NCBI GenBank assembly: GCA_030699125.1
Contig: JAUYKM010000009.1
Location: 204,958-268,957, forward strand
Reading direction: 5' to 3'
Length of the DNA: 64,000 nucleotides
From: Candidatus Daviesbacteria bacterium
Lineage (GTDB): Bacteria; Patescibacteriota; Microgenomatia; Daviesbacterales; UBA10151
Part shown: positions 8,325 through 18,423 of the stretch, in pieces
Layout: each line of letters starts with the position of its first letter
Position numbering within the stretch: the stretch's first letter is position 1
Notes under the pieces: generated by a model
What the model was told of the DNA's origin: nothing
The model's database searches: none
The model's input: the letters and a program-made list of their open reading frames with translations, nothing else
Position numbers and translations under genes: made by a program

Positions 8325-11045
8325 TTGCTGGATATTGGGAATTATAATATACTTTTTGAAATGTTTATATCTATACCTAAGAGAGATCTATTGCTTTTAC
8401 TCGTTATACCCCTTACCTTAGTTCTAATCTGGTTCAGAAATGGATTAATTATAGGAGGTGGAGAGGAGAGTTTACCGTTTTATAATCTTAAACATACCTT
8501 TGAAATTTCTACTTCAATCTGGGTCGAATACGCCACAGGACTTCCTATAATTGGCTGGCTTCCAAAAGCACCACTTATTTACACCGCATCATTGTTAGCA
8601 AGTATAGGTATCCCTCCTTTTATTCTACAAATGATGACATTTTATGTTTTGATGGTAGTAGGCCTTTTTAGTTTGTATTATCTTATACTGTGCTTCTTAC
8701 AAGATCGGGAAGATAAATTTACCATCGCTTTAATTACAGCTATATATTACTTATTGAATCCATTTACTTTTAGTCAAGTTTGGGGACGTGGTATATCTGC
8801 ACAATACTTTTCCTTTACTCTCTTACCGCTAACTCTTTTGATCTATATGAAGGCGCTTGAAAATAGAAAATATTGGTTTGGGATATTAATTGCTTTAATA
8901 TCTGCCATTTTTGCTGCTGCTTATCAATTTTTAACGTTTATAATAGTTCAATGGGCTGTATTATTCGCATATTCCCTGTATATACTTATCTCATCTAGGG
9001 ACAAACTAAAGCAGCTCGTGTTTATTGTCCCCTTCATGTTACTAAGTTTTACTCTCTGGGTTATTATTAATTCTTGGTGGTTAATTCCCCTTGGTTATTC
9101 AGCTACAAACGTATACTCATCAGGGATTTCCGGGGAAGCAGAAAATCTCGGGACTTTGATAGGTGTAAGCAGAAACTATACCCCGGATATTATTATTCGT
9201 CTTCTGCAAAGAACCTATTTTTACGATGCTTCTGCCTTTAGTCCAATTTATCTATCAATACCGTTTCAGCTTATTAGCTGGATCCCGGTAATATTTATAA
9301 TCCTTGCCCTTTACAAAATTTTAAAAGCAAAACTGAGGCAGTTTCGTTTTCTTGTCATTTTGCTTTTCTTAGGATTAATTATTTCATTGGGAGCAAACCC
9401 GCCTTTCGGAAGTCTATTTATAGAAGTATTTAAAAAATCTTCCATACTCCAAGCTTTCAGAAATCCTTTTGAAAAATTTGGTTTGGTTTATGCCTTAGGT
9501 TACAGTGCTATTTTTGCCTATGGGCTTACTTCATTTTTTAATAACAAGTTTAAGAGCTTAGGTATACTCTTTATATTGGGGTTAACTTGTGGCATTTTTG
9601 CCTGGCCAATGTGGACCGGCAGGGTAGTAGCTGCACCGGATAAAAAAATTGGTGTACTGGTCCCCTCCGCCTATCAGGAGTTGAATAATTGGTTAAATGA
9701 TAAAGGAGATTTTAGATTAATTATGACTCCTCTTTGGGGTGGAGATGGAGCTTTTTATCTTTGGGATGGCCATAGATATCAGGGTTCAGACCCAATGATA
9801 TTTATTGTAAATATGGGCACTATTTCAAACAGCATTAAATTGCCCTACTACTATGATTTTATAAGAGGGATCCATAAGTATAAGGAAAGAATTAATGTAG
9901 CACCTTCGCTCAGTCTACTTAGAGCAAAGTATTTGGTAGATAGAAAGGATGCCACTTTAATCAGTGAAGCAGAGAAACAACATCAAAAATATTTAACAAA
10001 GGTGATATATCCCCCAACTGAATCTATATATAATGTATGTAATGATCTTTACGATAATGCCGGGGCCGATAAAATAGCTTGGATTGTTTGTCAGGTTCCC
10101 CCAGCATATAGTAATTGGCAGGAGATCAAATATCTTCATATCAAAGTTAGAGCGAACGAGAGCGCCCTTTTAGATGTTGCAGTGCAGGACAAAAAGGGAA
10201 TTAGGATTCGCTGGGACGGCAGGATGGATAAAGAATATTCAACCATAGGGGACAGCTGGACTACGCTTATCTTACCAATTAATTACCCGACAGAATACAA
10301 TTACGCAATTGATTTTTCTGCAATTAATTCTTTGGAGATTAAGGCTCACCCTATCGGGAACCCTCTTGATACAGTTTGGGAGGTGAATTTAGGAGAGGTT
10401 AGGTTAGATACAGGTAGAGAAGAGAAAACTGATGCCTTTGACCTAGTGAAAAGTTTTGGGGCACTAGATGTATATGAACCAAATTATTTTGTAGATCCTG
10501 GTGAAGTTAATATGTTATCAAATATAAACTTTGTAGAAGATTTTATCGAATTATTTAATTTAGTCAATGAAGATAGAGAAGTTTTGAATCAAGAAGGCTT
10601 TTTAGTTTATAGTCAGAATCCAGAAAAGAATTCTGATCAACTAGTCATAAAACCAACTCTTAAAATTAAAAATTATAGCAAGATCTCAAATACTCGTTAT
10701 TGGATTCAGACTAAAGGGGAAGGAGAGGGATTAGTTTTATTAAGTAAGACTTTTGACCCGCAATGGAAAATCTTAAAGGGTGTTACTCCTGAAAAACTCT
10801 CAAGCAATTTTTTCAATAATCTCAATCTTTTAAAAGATGTATCACTGAGTGAAGATAATCATTATATAGTTAACGGTTATGCAAATTTATGGAAAATCGA
10901 TGCTGGAGAATCTGATTATGCTATAGTATACAAACCGAGGATCATAGCTGAGATAGGTTTTACGATTTCTAAATTTTCCGCCATTTTTATCTTAGGGATC
11001 GTGGCTATGTTGACGTTTAAAAATTATGTTCAAAGAAAATTCTAA
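8325..11045 (+). CDS. Giant polytopic membrane protein, YfhO/AftD-like GT-C glycosyltransferase architecture (paralog 1 of 4)
   Basis: 906 aa. About 11-13 N-terminal TM helices with an acidic GGG[DE] motif just after TM1, then a ~450-aa extracytoplasmic domain, then one C-terminal TM. It is a paralog of the 21633, 25458 and 29392 genes. The start may instead be 8361 (MFISIPK). Confidence 0.55.
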   Translation: MLDIGNYNILFEMFISIPKRDLLLLLVIPLTLVLIWFRNGLIIGGGEESLPFYNLKHTFEISTSIWVEYATGLPIIGWLPKAPLIYTASLLASIGIPPFILQMMTFYVLMVVGLFSLYYLILCFLQDREDKFTIALITAIYYLLNPFTFSQVWGRGISAQYFSFTLLPLTLLIYMKALENRKYWFGILIALISAIFAAAYQFLTFIIVQWAVLFAYSLYILISSRDKLKQLVFIVPFMLLSFTLWVIINSWWLIPLGYSATNVYSSGISGEAENLGTLIGVSRNYTPDIIIRLLQRTYFYDASAFSPIYLSIPFQLISWIPVIFIILALYKILKAKLRQFRFLVILLFLGLIISLGANPPFGSLFIEVFKKSSILQAFRNPFEKFGLVYALGYSAIFAYGLTSFFNNKFKSLGILFILGLTCGIFAWPMWTGRVVAAPDKKIGVLVPSAYQELNNWLNDKGDFRLIMTPLWGGDGAFYLWDGHRYQGSDPMIFIVNMGTISNSIKLPYYYDFIRGIHKYKERINVAPSLSLLRAKYLVDRKDATLISEAEKQHQKYLTKVIYPPTESIYNVCNDLYDNAGADKIAWIVCQVPPAYSNWQEIKYLHIKVRANESALLDVAVQDKKGIRIRWDGRMDKEYSTIGDSWTTLILPINYPTEYNYAIDFSAINSLEIKAHPIGNPLDTVWEVNLGEVRLDTGREEKTDAFDLVKSFGALDVYEPNYFVDPGEVNMLSNINFVEDFIELFNLVNEDREVLNQEGFLVYSQNPEKNSDQLVIKPTLKIKNYSKISNTRYWIQTKGEGEGLVLLSKTFDPQWKILKGVTPEKLSSNFFNNLNLLKDVSLSEDNHYIVNGYANLWKIDAGESDYAIVYKPRIIAEIGFTISKFSAIFILGIVAMLTFKNYVQRKF

Positions 11046-12693
11046 TTTAGCAATCGCACAAATTTCATCCTATCCTGGTGAAATCTCCGATAACGTCAAG
11101 AAAATTATTAATTCAATAATCAAAGCAAAAAGCATAGGTGCAAAATTGATTATTTTTCCTGAACTGGCTATTCCAGGTTATATGTCGCTTGATTTAATGC
11201 TCTATCCAAAGTATATAGAAGAGAATTTGAAGGCCTTGGATAAAATAAAGCTGTTGACAAAAGATGTAATGGCAATTATAGGATTTATTGATCAGGATAG
11301 AAATAAAATTGGTCCAGATGGTACGGCGATCAGATATAATTCAGCGGCTATTATTTATGATCAGAAAATTGTTGCTATCCAGGATAAAACTCTACTGCCT
11401 AATTACGATGTTTTCTTTGAAAAAAGATATTTTGCTGAAGGAAGGGATAGAAAAATCATCAATTTTCAGGATCTAAAATTAGGTATAGAAATATGTGAGG
11501 ATCTTTGGGATGAAAACTACTCGGTGAAGGTTTCTCAGGATTTAATAAAAAAAGGTGCAGATATTTTAATTAACATTTCAAGTTCGCCCTTCTATCTGGG
11601 TAAAAGGAACGATAGAGAGAATTTGATAAAAAGAATTAGCCTCAAATTTAAAGTCCCGTTTGTCTACGTCAATTGTGTGGGAGTCCAAGATGGTTATGAT
11701 GGCGAGTTAGTTTTTGACGGTCAAAGCATGGTTTTTAATAATAAAGGTGAATTAATTCGTTTGGGTAAAGAATTTGAAGACGATATATTTTATATAAATC
11801 CTGCTGATCTTTGGAATGGAAAGAGATTAACTCCGCCAAGATATAATCAAATTCACGATCTTTATAAAGCGCTTGTTTTAGCAATTACCAGTTATTTTAG
11901 AAGAACAAAGTTTAGAAAAGCTTATATTGGTTTGAGCGGAGGGATAGATTCTGCAGTTGTTGCCTCTTTAGCTGTGAAAGCATTGGGGAGTAAAAACGTT
12001 ACAGGTATTTTAATGCCTTCCCAATTTACAGATAAGGAGAGTATAAATGATGCGAAAAAGTTAGCAAAAAATTTGACAATTGAATATAAAATAATATTTA
12101 TAAATGGTTTATTTAAAAACTTCCAAAAGTCATTAAAAAATTCATTTAAGGAAAAAGGGGTTGATACAACAGAAGAAAATCTCCAGGCAAGAATTAGAGG
12201 AATGATTTTAATGGCCCATGCTAACAAATTTAAAGGTTTGGTAATAAGTACAGCGAACAAAACAGAAACGGCCTTAGGATATACAACGCTATATGGTGAT
12301 ATGTGTGGAGCAATCGCACCCTTGGCTGATGTAAGTAAGCTGCTTGTTTATGAACTTGCAAATTTTATAAATCAAGAACAAGAAATAGGAATAATTCCTC
12401 AAAACATCATTAAGAGAATCCCCACAGCAGAACTTAGGGTTAATCAAACAGATGAGCAGTCTCTCGGTGCACCCTACAGTATTATTTCACCTTTAGTTGA
12501 TGAAATTATTGAAGGAGGGAAAGGATCCAAAGAATTAGAAAAGAAATATTCCAAAAAGGTGGTTGAACATATTACAAATTTAATAAATCAAAATGAATAT
12601 AAAAGAAGACAAGCGGCTCCCGCAGTCAAAGTAACCAAAAAGGCCTTTGGTATTGGACGAAGGATTCCCATTGTCCACCAATTTAAAATTTGA
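11026..12693 (+). CDS. nadE: Glutamine-dependent NAD+ synthetase (CN-hydrolase domain + NAD synthase domain)
   Basis: 555 aa. An N-terminal nitrilase-like domain (FPELAIPGY, catalytic Cys region) is followed by the LSGGIDS PP-loop of NadE. Confidence 0.85.
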   Translation: MFKENSNLAIAQISSYPGEISDNVKKIINSIIKAKSIGAKLIIFPELAIPGYMSLDLMLYPKYIEENLKALDKIKLLTKDVMAIIGFIDQDRNKIGPDGTAIRYNSAAIIYDQKIVAIQDKTLLPNYDVFFEKRYFAEGRDRKIINFQDLKLGIEICEDLWDENYSVKVSQDLIKKGADILINISSSPFYLGKRNDRENLIKRISLKFKVPFVYVNCVGVQDGYDGELVFDGQSMVFNNKGELIRLGKEFEDDIFYINPADLWNGKRLTPPRYNQIHDLYKALVLAITSYFRRTKFRKAYIGLSGGIDSAVVASLAVKALGSKNVTGILMPSQFTDKESINDAKKLAKNLTIEYKIIFINGLFKNFQKSLKNSFKEKGVDTTEENLQARIRGMILMAHANKFKGLVISTANKTETALGYTTLYGDMCGAIAPLADVSKLLVYELANFINQEQEIGIIPQNIIKRIPTAELRVNQTDEQSLGAPYSIISPLVDEIIEGGKGSKELEKKYSKKVVEHITNLINQNEYKRRQAAPAVKVTKKAFGIGRRIPIVHQFKI

Positions 12694-14018
12694 TAACATT
12701 TGCTCCTATGAAAGTTTCTGTTTTAGGACTGGGAAAACTTGGATTACCGCTTTTAGCAACCTGTGCTTCAAAGGGATTCCTTAGTTATGGATACGATATT
12801 AATAAAGAAATTCTCAGCAAACTGGGCAAAAGTATAACTGATTCAAAAGAAACTTCACTAGCAACGCTTATAAAAAAATTTAAAAAAAAGATCATTACTT
12901 CAGAGAGTATTACGGATGCGGTTTTAAATTCTGATATAACATTTGTCGTTACGCCCACACCATCTAAAAAGAATGGCTCTTTTTCTAATAAATATATTTT
13001 TGATGTGGTAAAAGGGATAGCTCATGGACTCAAAGTAAAGAGTAAGTATCATTTGGTGGTGATTGTTAGTACTATTATGCCCAATTCTACTAATCAAGCA
13101 AGAAAAATTTTAGAAAAAAACTCCGGAAAGATGTGTGGCAAAGATTTTGGTTTATGTTACAACCCAGAATTTATAGCCTTGGGTAGTGTAGTCGAGAATC
13201 TACTGAATCCAGATTTTGTGTTAATTGGGCAATCAGATACGAAGTCAGGCGATATTTTAGAACAATTTTATCTTAAATTTTGTAATAATCGCCCCAAAAT
13301 TATGAGAATGAATTTTGTTAATGCGGAACTGACTAAGATCTCTCTCAATACTTATGTCACAACCAAAATCTCTTATGCTAATATGTTAACTGAAATCTGT
13401 GAGAAATTACCTGAAGGTGATGTAGATGTGATCACAAATGCTTTAGGACTAGATTCCAGAATTGGGACCAAATATTTAAAAGGAGGACCATCTTTTGGGG
13501 GTCCTTGTTTTCCCAGAGATAATTTAGCCTTTATTTATTTAGCAAGGAAATTAAAATCAAATTTCCAACTTCCATTAGCAACTCATAAAACTAATCTACA
13601 ACAAACAGATAGATTAGTTAAGATTATAATGCAGTATTCTGCTAACAGTAAGATAGGCATCCTTGGTCTATCTTATAAACCTTTCACAGATGTAATTGAA
13701 GAGTCTTTTGGGCTTATTTTAGCCAAAAAATTATTGCAACAAAAGAAAATAGTAAACGTTCATGATCCTGTGGCTTTAGAAAATGTAGAAAAGGTCTTTA
13801 AGGATCAGGTGAAATATTTTAACAATATTAAAGAATGTATTGAAGAATCAGAAGTAGTTGTTATCTCATGTAATTGGCCTCAATATAAAGCTGTCGATAA
13901 GTTTTTTAAAAGCAAAGCTAAAAAAATATTAATTGACCCTTGGCGGATGATTAACCCCAAATCACTTTCTTCCAGTGTAATTTATGTACCGGTTGGTCAA
14001 AATATTAATTATCAATGA
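12690..14018 (+). CDS. UDP-glucose/GDP-mannose dehydrogenase-family nucleotide-sugar dehydrogenase (WbpA/Ugd/WecC-like)
   Basis: 442 aa. MKVSVLGLGKLGLP is the N-terminal Rossmann motif. GGPSFGGPCFPRD is the catalytic-Cys motif. The real start is probably at M7 (12708). Confidence 0.8.
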   Translation: MITFAPMKVSVLGLGKLGLPLLATCASKGFLSYGYDINKEILSKLGKSITDSKETSLATLIKKFKKKIITSESITDAVLNSDITFVVTPTPSKKNGSFSNKYIFDVVKGIAHGLKVKSKYHLVVIVSTIMPNSTNQARKILEKNSGKMCGKDFGLCYNPEFIALGSVVENLLNPDFVLIGQSDTKSGDILEQFYLKFCNNRPKIMRMNFVNAELTKISLNTYVTTKISYANMLTEICEKLPEGDVDVITNALGLDSRIGTKYLKGGPSFGGPCFPRDNLAFIYLARKLKSNFQLPLATHKTNLQQTDRLVKIIMQYSANSKIGILGLSYKPFTDVIEESFGLILAKKLLQQKKIVNVHDPVALENVEKVFKDQVKYFNNIKECIEESEVVVISCNWPQYKAVDKFFKSKAKKILIDPWRMINPKSLSSSVIYVPVGQNINYQ

Positions 14019-15238
14019 TAAGTCTTAGAATATACATAATAGCATTGGCTGCTCATGGCCAAGGTATTTCAGGTTCTGATCGGATTTTTATTGAGTTTGC
14101 AAAAGTTTGGTCAAGAAGAAATTCTGTGACAATTTATGTTTGGGAGGAAGGGTTCAAGATGTGCCAAAGGCAACATCTTGAGATATCAAATATAAGCAAA
14201 GCTTCCCTTTTGCAAAAACAAAACGTCAAATATCAAATATCAAATATGGGAATATGGAGGAAGTTTGGTTTTGTTATAAATTATCTGGCACGGATTATAG
14301 AAGGAATAAGATTGGGTTTTTCCATTAGATTAGAAAATTCACCGTCAATTATTGTTTACTCTGCTTCTGAGTTTTGGATGGATTCTATACCTGCCTTAAT
14401 TCTCAAATTGAGATACTCAAAAATAAAATGGGTGGCGGCTTGGTTTCAGACAGCACCAAAACCTTGGGTGGGGTTTACGGAAGGTGAAAGAAGCAATACT
14501 TATAAGTTGAGTGCTTTTCTTTATTGGTTAGCTCAACTACCTATAAAACCTGTTATTTCTCATTTTGCCGACTTTATTCTAGTGAATAATGAACAGGAAA
14601 GAAAACAGTTCCCCATTCTTAATAAAAAAAACAGAGTAATTGTTGTTTTAGGAGCTGTAGATTTAACACAGATAAATCAATGGAAAAAGAAATTTAAAAA
14701 TTTACCTAAAATTTATGATGCGGTTTTTCAAGGAAGATTTCATCCACAGAAAGGAGTTGTGGAACTTATTGATATCTGGAAACTAGTAGTTAATAAAAAA
14801 AATGATGCTAAATTGGCTCTTATAGGTGAAGGTCCTTTAATGGAGGATGTGAAACAAAAGATAAACCAGTTGATGTTGCAAAAAAATATCAAACTCTTTG
14901 GTTATGTCTTTGATGGCCCCAAGAAATATAAAATATTTGCCCAATCTAAATTGGTAGTCCATCCTGCTTTTTATGATTCTGGAGGCATGGCAGCAGCAGA
15001 AGCTATGGCATTTGGTATTCCCGCTATTGGATTTAATTTACCTGCATATAAATCATATTATCCAAAAGGGATGTATAAAGTTCCAGTCAATAATTTAATG
15101 GTATTTGCTGATACAATTTTAAATCTCTTAGACAATAAAAAATTATACTTAGAATTGGGAGATGAGTCTAAGCAGATGATTTCTAAAAATTGGTCATGGG
15201 ATAAAAGAGCAAATGAGGTATTAGCTAGATTGTCATAG
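14015..15238 (+). CDS. GT4 (GT-B fold) glycosyltransferase
   Basis: 407 aa. The C-terminal GGMAAAEAMAFGIPAIGFN is an EX7E-type motif. Confidence 0.75.
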   Translation: MISLRIYIIALAAHGQGISGSDRIFIEFAKVWSRRNSVTIYVWEEGFKMCQRQHLEISNISKASLLQKQNVKYQISNMGIWRKFGFVINYLARIIEGIRLGFSIRLENSPSIIVYSASEFWMDSIPALILKLRYSKIKWVAAWFQTAPKPWVGFTEGERSNTYKLSAFLYWLAQLPIKPVISHFADFILVNNEQERKQFPILNKKNRVIVVLGAVDLTQINQWKKKFKNLPKIYDAVFQGRFHPQKGVVELIDIWKLVVNKKNDAKLALIGEGPLMEDVKQKINQLMLQKNIKLFGYVFDGPKKYKIFAQSKLVVHPAFYDSGGMAAAEAMAFGIPAIGFNLPAYKSYYPKGMYKVPVNNLMVFADTILNLLDNKKLYLELGDESKQMISKNWSWDKRANEVLARLS

Positions 15239-15267
15239 ATAATAAGAGATGTCATAATGAATATAAT

Positions 15268-15483
15268 ATGTTGATTTTGATAAGTTTATTATCCATTTTG
15301 TTAATTTTTCCAAATGAAGTAAATGCTTATCTTGATCCCGGATCAGGCAGTTTATTTCTGCAAATGATTTTAGGATTTATATTGGGTGCTTTAATTTCTG
15401 TAAAAGTATTTTGGAAACAGGCCGTAAACTTTATAAAAAATCTTACTCGCAAGAAGGATAAAACTTCAAGTAATGAGCAGTAA
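15268..15483 (+). CDS. Small hydrophobic protein (2 predicted TM)
   Basis: 71-aa ORF with two hydrophobic helices; it overlaps the next gene's start. There is no homology evidence. Confidence 0.3.
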   Translation: MLILISLLSILLIFPNEVNAYLDPGSGSLFLQMILGFILGALISVKVFWKQAVNFIKNLTRKKDKTSSNEQ

Positions 15484-16846
15484 TTTTTCAAATGGTTCTT
15501 TTAGAGATCCCAGCGGACGTGTGTTTTTAGAAAATGGGAAAATTTACAGGACAATAGATTATTCATATAAAGATAATTATGATCAATTAATTAAGTCCGG
15601 TTTGTATGCCAAACTTACCAGTCTAGGTTTGTTGATACCTCACAGGGAAGTAAAAACACCAAATAATACTGTCTATAGAACAATTAGACCTGAGCATATT
15701 CCTTTTGTGTCCTATCCTTATGAGTGGTGTTTTAGTCAGTTTAAAGATGCCGCCTTGACTACTCTTAGAATTCAGAAAATTGCTTTGGAAAATAACATGA
15801 GTCTTAAGGATGCCAGCTCTTTCAATATCCAGTTTTTTAGGGGTAAGCCCATTTTAATTGATACTCTCTCATTTGAAAAATATCAGATAGGTTTGCCGTG
15901 GATAGCATATAGGCAATTTTGTATGCATTTTTTAGCACCTTTGCTTTTAATGAGTCAAAAGAATTTAGAATTCAATAAAATCCTTTCTATTTATATAGAC
16001 GGAGTACCTCTTAATTTGACCAGTACACTATTGCCCAAAAAAACATATCTTAATTTTTCTGCCCTAACTCATATTCATCTCCATTCCCGAATGGAAAAGC
16101 ATTTTGGTGGAAGAAAAGTTGCCTCGGGTGGGAAATCCCTCAGCAAAAAAACTCTCATAGCTCTAGTGGAAAATTTGGAAAAAACCATTCAAAACATTAA
16201 ACTTAAAAATGAAATTAGCCACTGGAGCAAGTACTATCAGGATAATAGCTATTCCTCAAAAGCCTTTTCCCATAAGAAGAAAATAGTTGATGATCTATTA
16301 AAGTCTCTAAATATAAAAACAGCCCTGGATATAGGTTCTAATACGGGATTTTTCAGCAGGCTTTATGCTAAGCGGGGGATAAATACTATCTCCATAGATA
16401 ATGATCATCTCTCAGTAGAAAAAAATTATCTAACTTGCAAAAAAGAAAATATAGATAAATGCTTACCTCTTTGTGTAGATATTACAAACCCTTCCCCTTC
16501 AATTGGCTGGAATAATGAAGAAAGATTATCGTTTATTGATCGAGGTCCTTTTGATCTTATTTTAGCGTTGGCATTGATACATCATCTGGCTATTGGCTAT
16601 AATATCCCATTGGAAAATATTGCTAAAATGTTTAGTAAATTAGGTAGAAATATTATAGTTGAGTTTGTAGCTAAAGCTGATCTCATGGTACAGAGATTGC
16701 TGGCAAACAGAAAAGACATCTTTCCAAATTATACCAGGGAGAATTTTGAGATAGAATTTAGCAAATTTTTTCAAATAAAAAAAGTAATAAATATATCTGG
16801 TTCAATAAGATCTATGTATCTTTTTAAAAATAGAATTGATATATGA
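15473..16846 (+). CDS. Two-domain protein: uncharacterised N-terminal domain fused to a class I SAM methyltransferase
   Basis: 457 aa. The C-terminal half carries LDIGSNTGFFS (motif I) and an acidic post-beta2 residue. The N-terminal ~270 aa (SFRDPSGRVF...) is unassigned. Confidence 0.55.
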   Translation: MSSNFSNGSFRDPSGRVFLENGKIYRTIDYSYKDNYDQLIKSGLYAKLTSLGLLIPHREVKTPNNTVYRTIRPEHIPFVSYPYEWCFSQFKDAALTTLRIQKIALENNMSLKDASSFNIQFFRGKPILIDTLSFEKYQIGLPWIAYRQFCMHFLAPLLLMSQKNLEFNKILSIYIDGVPLNLTSTLLPKKTYLNFSALTHIHLHSRMEKHFGGRKVASGGKSLSKKTLIALVENLEKTIQNIKLKNEISHWSKYYQDNSYSSKAFSHKKKIVDDLLKSLNIKTALDIGSNTGFFSRLYAKRGINTISIDNDHLSVEKNYLTCKKENIDKCLPLCVDITNPSPSIGWNNEERLSFIDRGPFDLILALALIHHLAIGYNIPLENIAKMFSKLGRNIIVEFVAKADLMVQRLLANRKDIFPNYTRENFEIEFSKFFQIKKVINISGSIRSMYLFKNRIDI

Positions 16847-18417
16847 AAAATTTTATAACTAAGCCGATTCACCCTTTCTTATTTGCACTTTTTCCTACCT
16901 TTGCATTTGTTGCTCATAATTTTGATGAGTTAATTGCTGAATATTTAACATATCCCACTGTCTTTCTCACCCTTTTCGTATTTATTTTATGGCTTTTGGT
17001 GTCCTTTTTCATAAGCAATAGACAAAAATCAGCCTTAGTAGTTTCGGCGGTAGCGTTCCTTACCAGTTATCTGATTGACTTTAAAGTTTTTCTTTATGAT
17101 TTTAGAGCCAATCAATTTTTTATTACCAATCAAAAGAAAATTTTATTTTTGGCAATTTTTTTAGTTTTTACAATCTTTGTAATTAGAAAGATTACAGTAA
17201 ACTTTAGAAAAATAACCATACTTCTAAATATTTTTTCCCTCTCCTTTCTGATGATCCCCACCACCCAGATTATTTATAAGCAAGCCTTAAGAGCGCTTAA
17301 TCCGGTTAAGTCTTCAAACATAATTGTTTATAACGGGGATGAAAGTGTGCAGGGGGAACTTCCAGATATCTACTACATTATAGTTGACAGATATGCCAGC
17401 AGGCGAATTCTTGATGAGCTCTATAACTTTGATAACTCAGAATTTATAAATTTTTTGAAAAATAGGGGGTTTTTTGTGGCAAAGACTGCTGCCAATTATC
17501 CTTTCACTGTTTCCTCACTTGCCTCATCTTTAAATATGATTTATCTGGATAATGTTGTTGAACAGGTTGATAGGGGATCTGATAGCAAGAGGCCTTTAAT
17601 AGATATGATACAAGATAGTGAAGTTGCCAGATATCTTAAAAACAAAGGCTATAAGTATTTAAACTTTGGTTTCTCCTGGGAGCATAATGCCAAAAATAAG
17701 AATGCTGATTATAACTATGCTTATGAACCAAAAGAACTTCACTATTTGGAAAAGTTACTAGACGAATTAGATAACAACTCCACCAATTTTTTGGGCAGTT
17801 TTTTAACTCAAACCCTGAAAGATCAGACCTTGGGACAATTAACTGGGGGTGGAAATTACTGGAATTTCATTATCGATCAGATTCTGGAAGTTTCCAGGAC
17901 CACCAAAATAGAGGGCCCCAAGTTTGTTTTTTACCATTCTTTTCTGGCGCATGATCCGTATATATTCGATAGAGATGGAAATCCTCAGGCAACAGATCAA
18001 TTTAATATGAAGGAAGGAGCAAAAAAACTTTATGTAGAGCAATTAATTTTTGCCAATAAGGTCTTGATGAATCTAATAGATACTTTGCTAAAAGATTCAG
18101 AAAAACCTCCGATTATTATTTTACAAGCAGATGAAGGACCTTACCCAAAAAGATTTAGACAGCAATTAGATAAATTTAATTGGAGGACTGCCACCGTAGA
18201 AGAATTAAAAGAAAAAATGAGAATTATAAGTGCTTATTATTTTCCCGGTGGGAAAACTGATCTTCTTTATCAAACGATCTCTCCTGTTAACAGCTTTAGA
18301 GTGATTCTAAATACCTATTTTGGTGAGAATTTACCACTTTTACCTGACAAAAATTATGCCCAAGTCTATTCTGAATTTCCTTATGATGTATTTGAAGTCA
18401 CTAATATTGTTAAATAG
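16843..18417 (+). CDS. Membrane-anchored alkaline-phosphatase-superfamily enzyme (LtaS/sulfatase/phosphoglycerol- or phosphoethanolamine-transferase-like)
   Basis: 524 aa. About 5 N-terminal TM helices precede an extracytoplasmic domain. PDIYYIIVDRYAS (metal-binding D) and HSFLAHDPY resemble sulfatase/LtaS core motifs. Confidence 0.55.
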   Translation: MKNFITKPIHPFLFALFPTFAFVAHNFDELIAEYLTYPTVFLTLFVFILWLLVSFFISNRQKSALVVSAVAFLTSYLIDFKVFLYDFRANQFFITNQKKILFLAIFLVFTIFVIRKITVNFRKITILLNIFSLSFLMIPTTQIIYKQALRALNPVKSSNIIVYNGDESVQGELPDIYYIIVDRYASRRILDELYNFDNSEFINFLKNRGFFVAKTAANYPFTVSSLASSLNMIYLDNVVEQVDRGSDSKRPLIDMIQDSEVARYLKNKGYKYLNFGFSWEHNAKNKNADYNYAYEPKELHYLEKLLDELDNNSTNFLGSFLTQTLKDQTLGQLTGGGNYWNFIIDQILEVSRTTKIEGPKFVFYHSFLAHDPYIFDRDGNPQATDQFNMKEGAKKLYVEQLIFANKVLMNLIDTLLKDSEKPPIIILQADEGPYPKRFRQQLDKFNWRTATVEELKEKMRIISAYYFPGGKTDLLYQTISPVNSFRVILNTYFGENLPLLPDKNYAQVYSEFPYDVFEVTNIVK

Positions 18418-18423
18418 TAAAGC

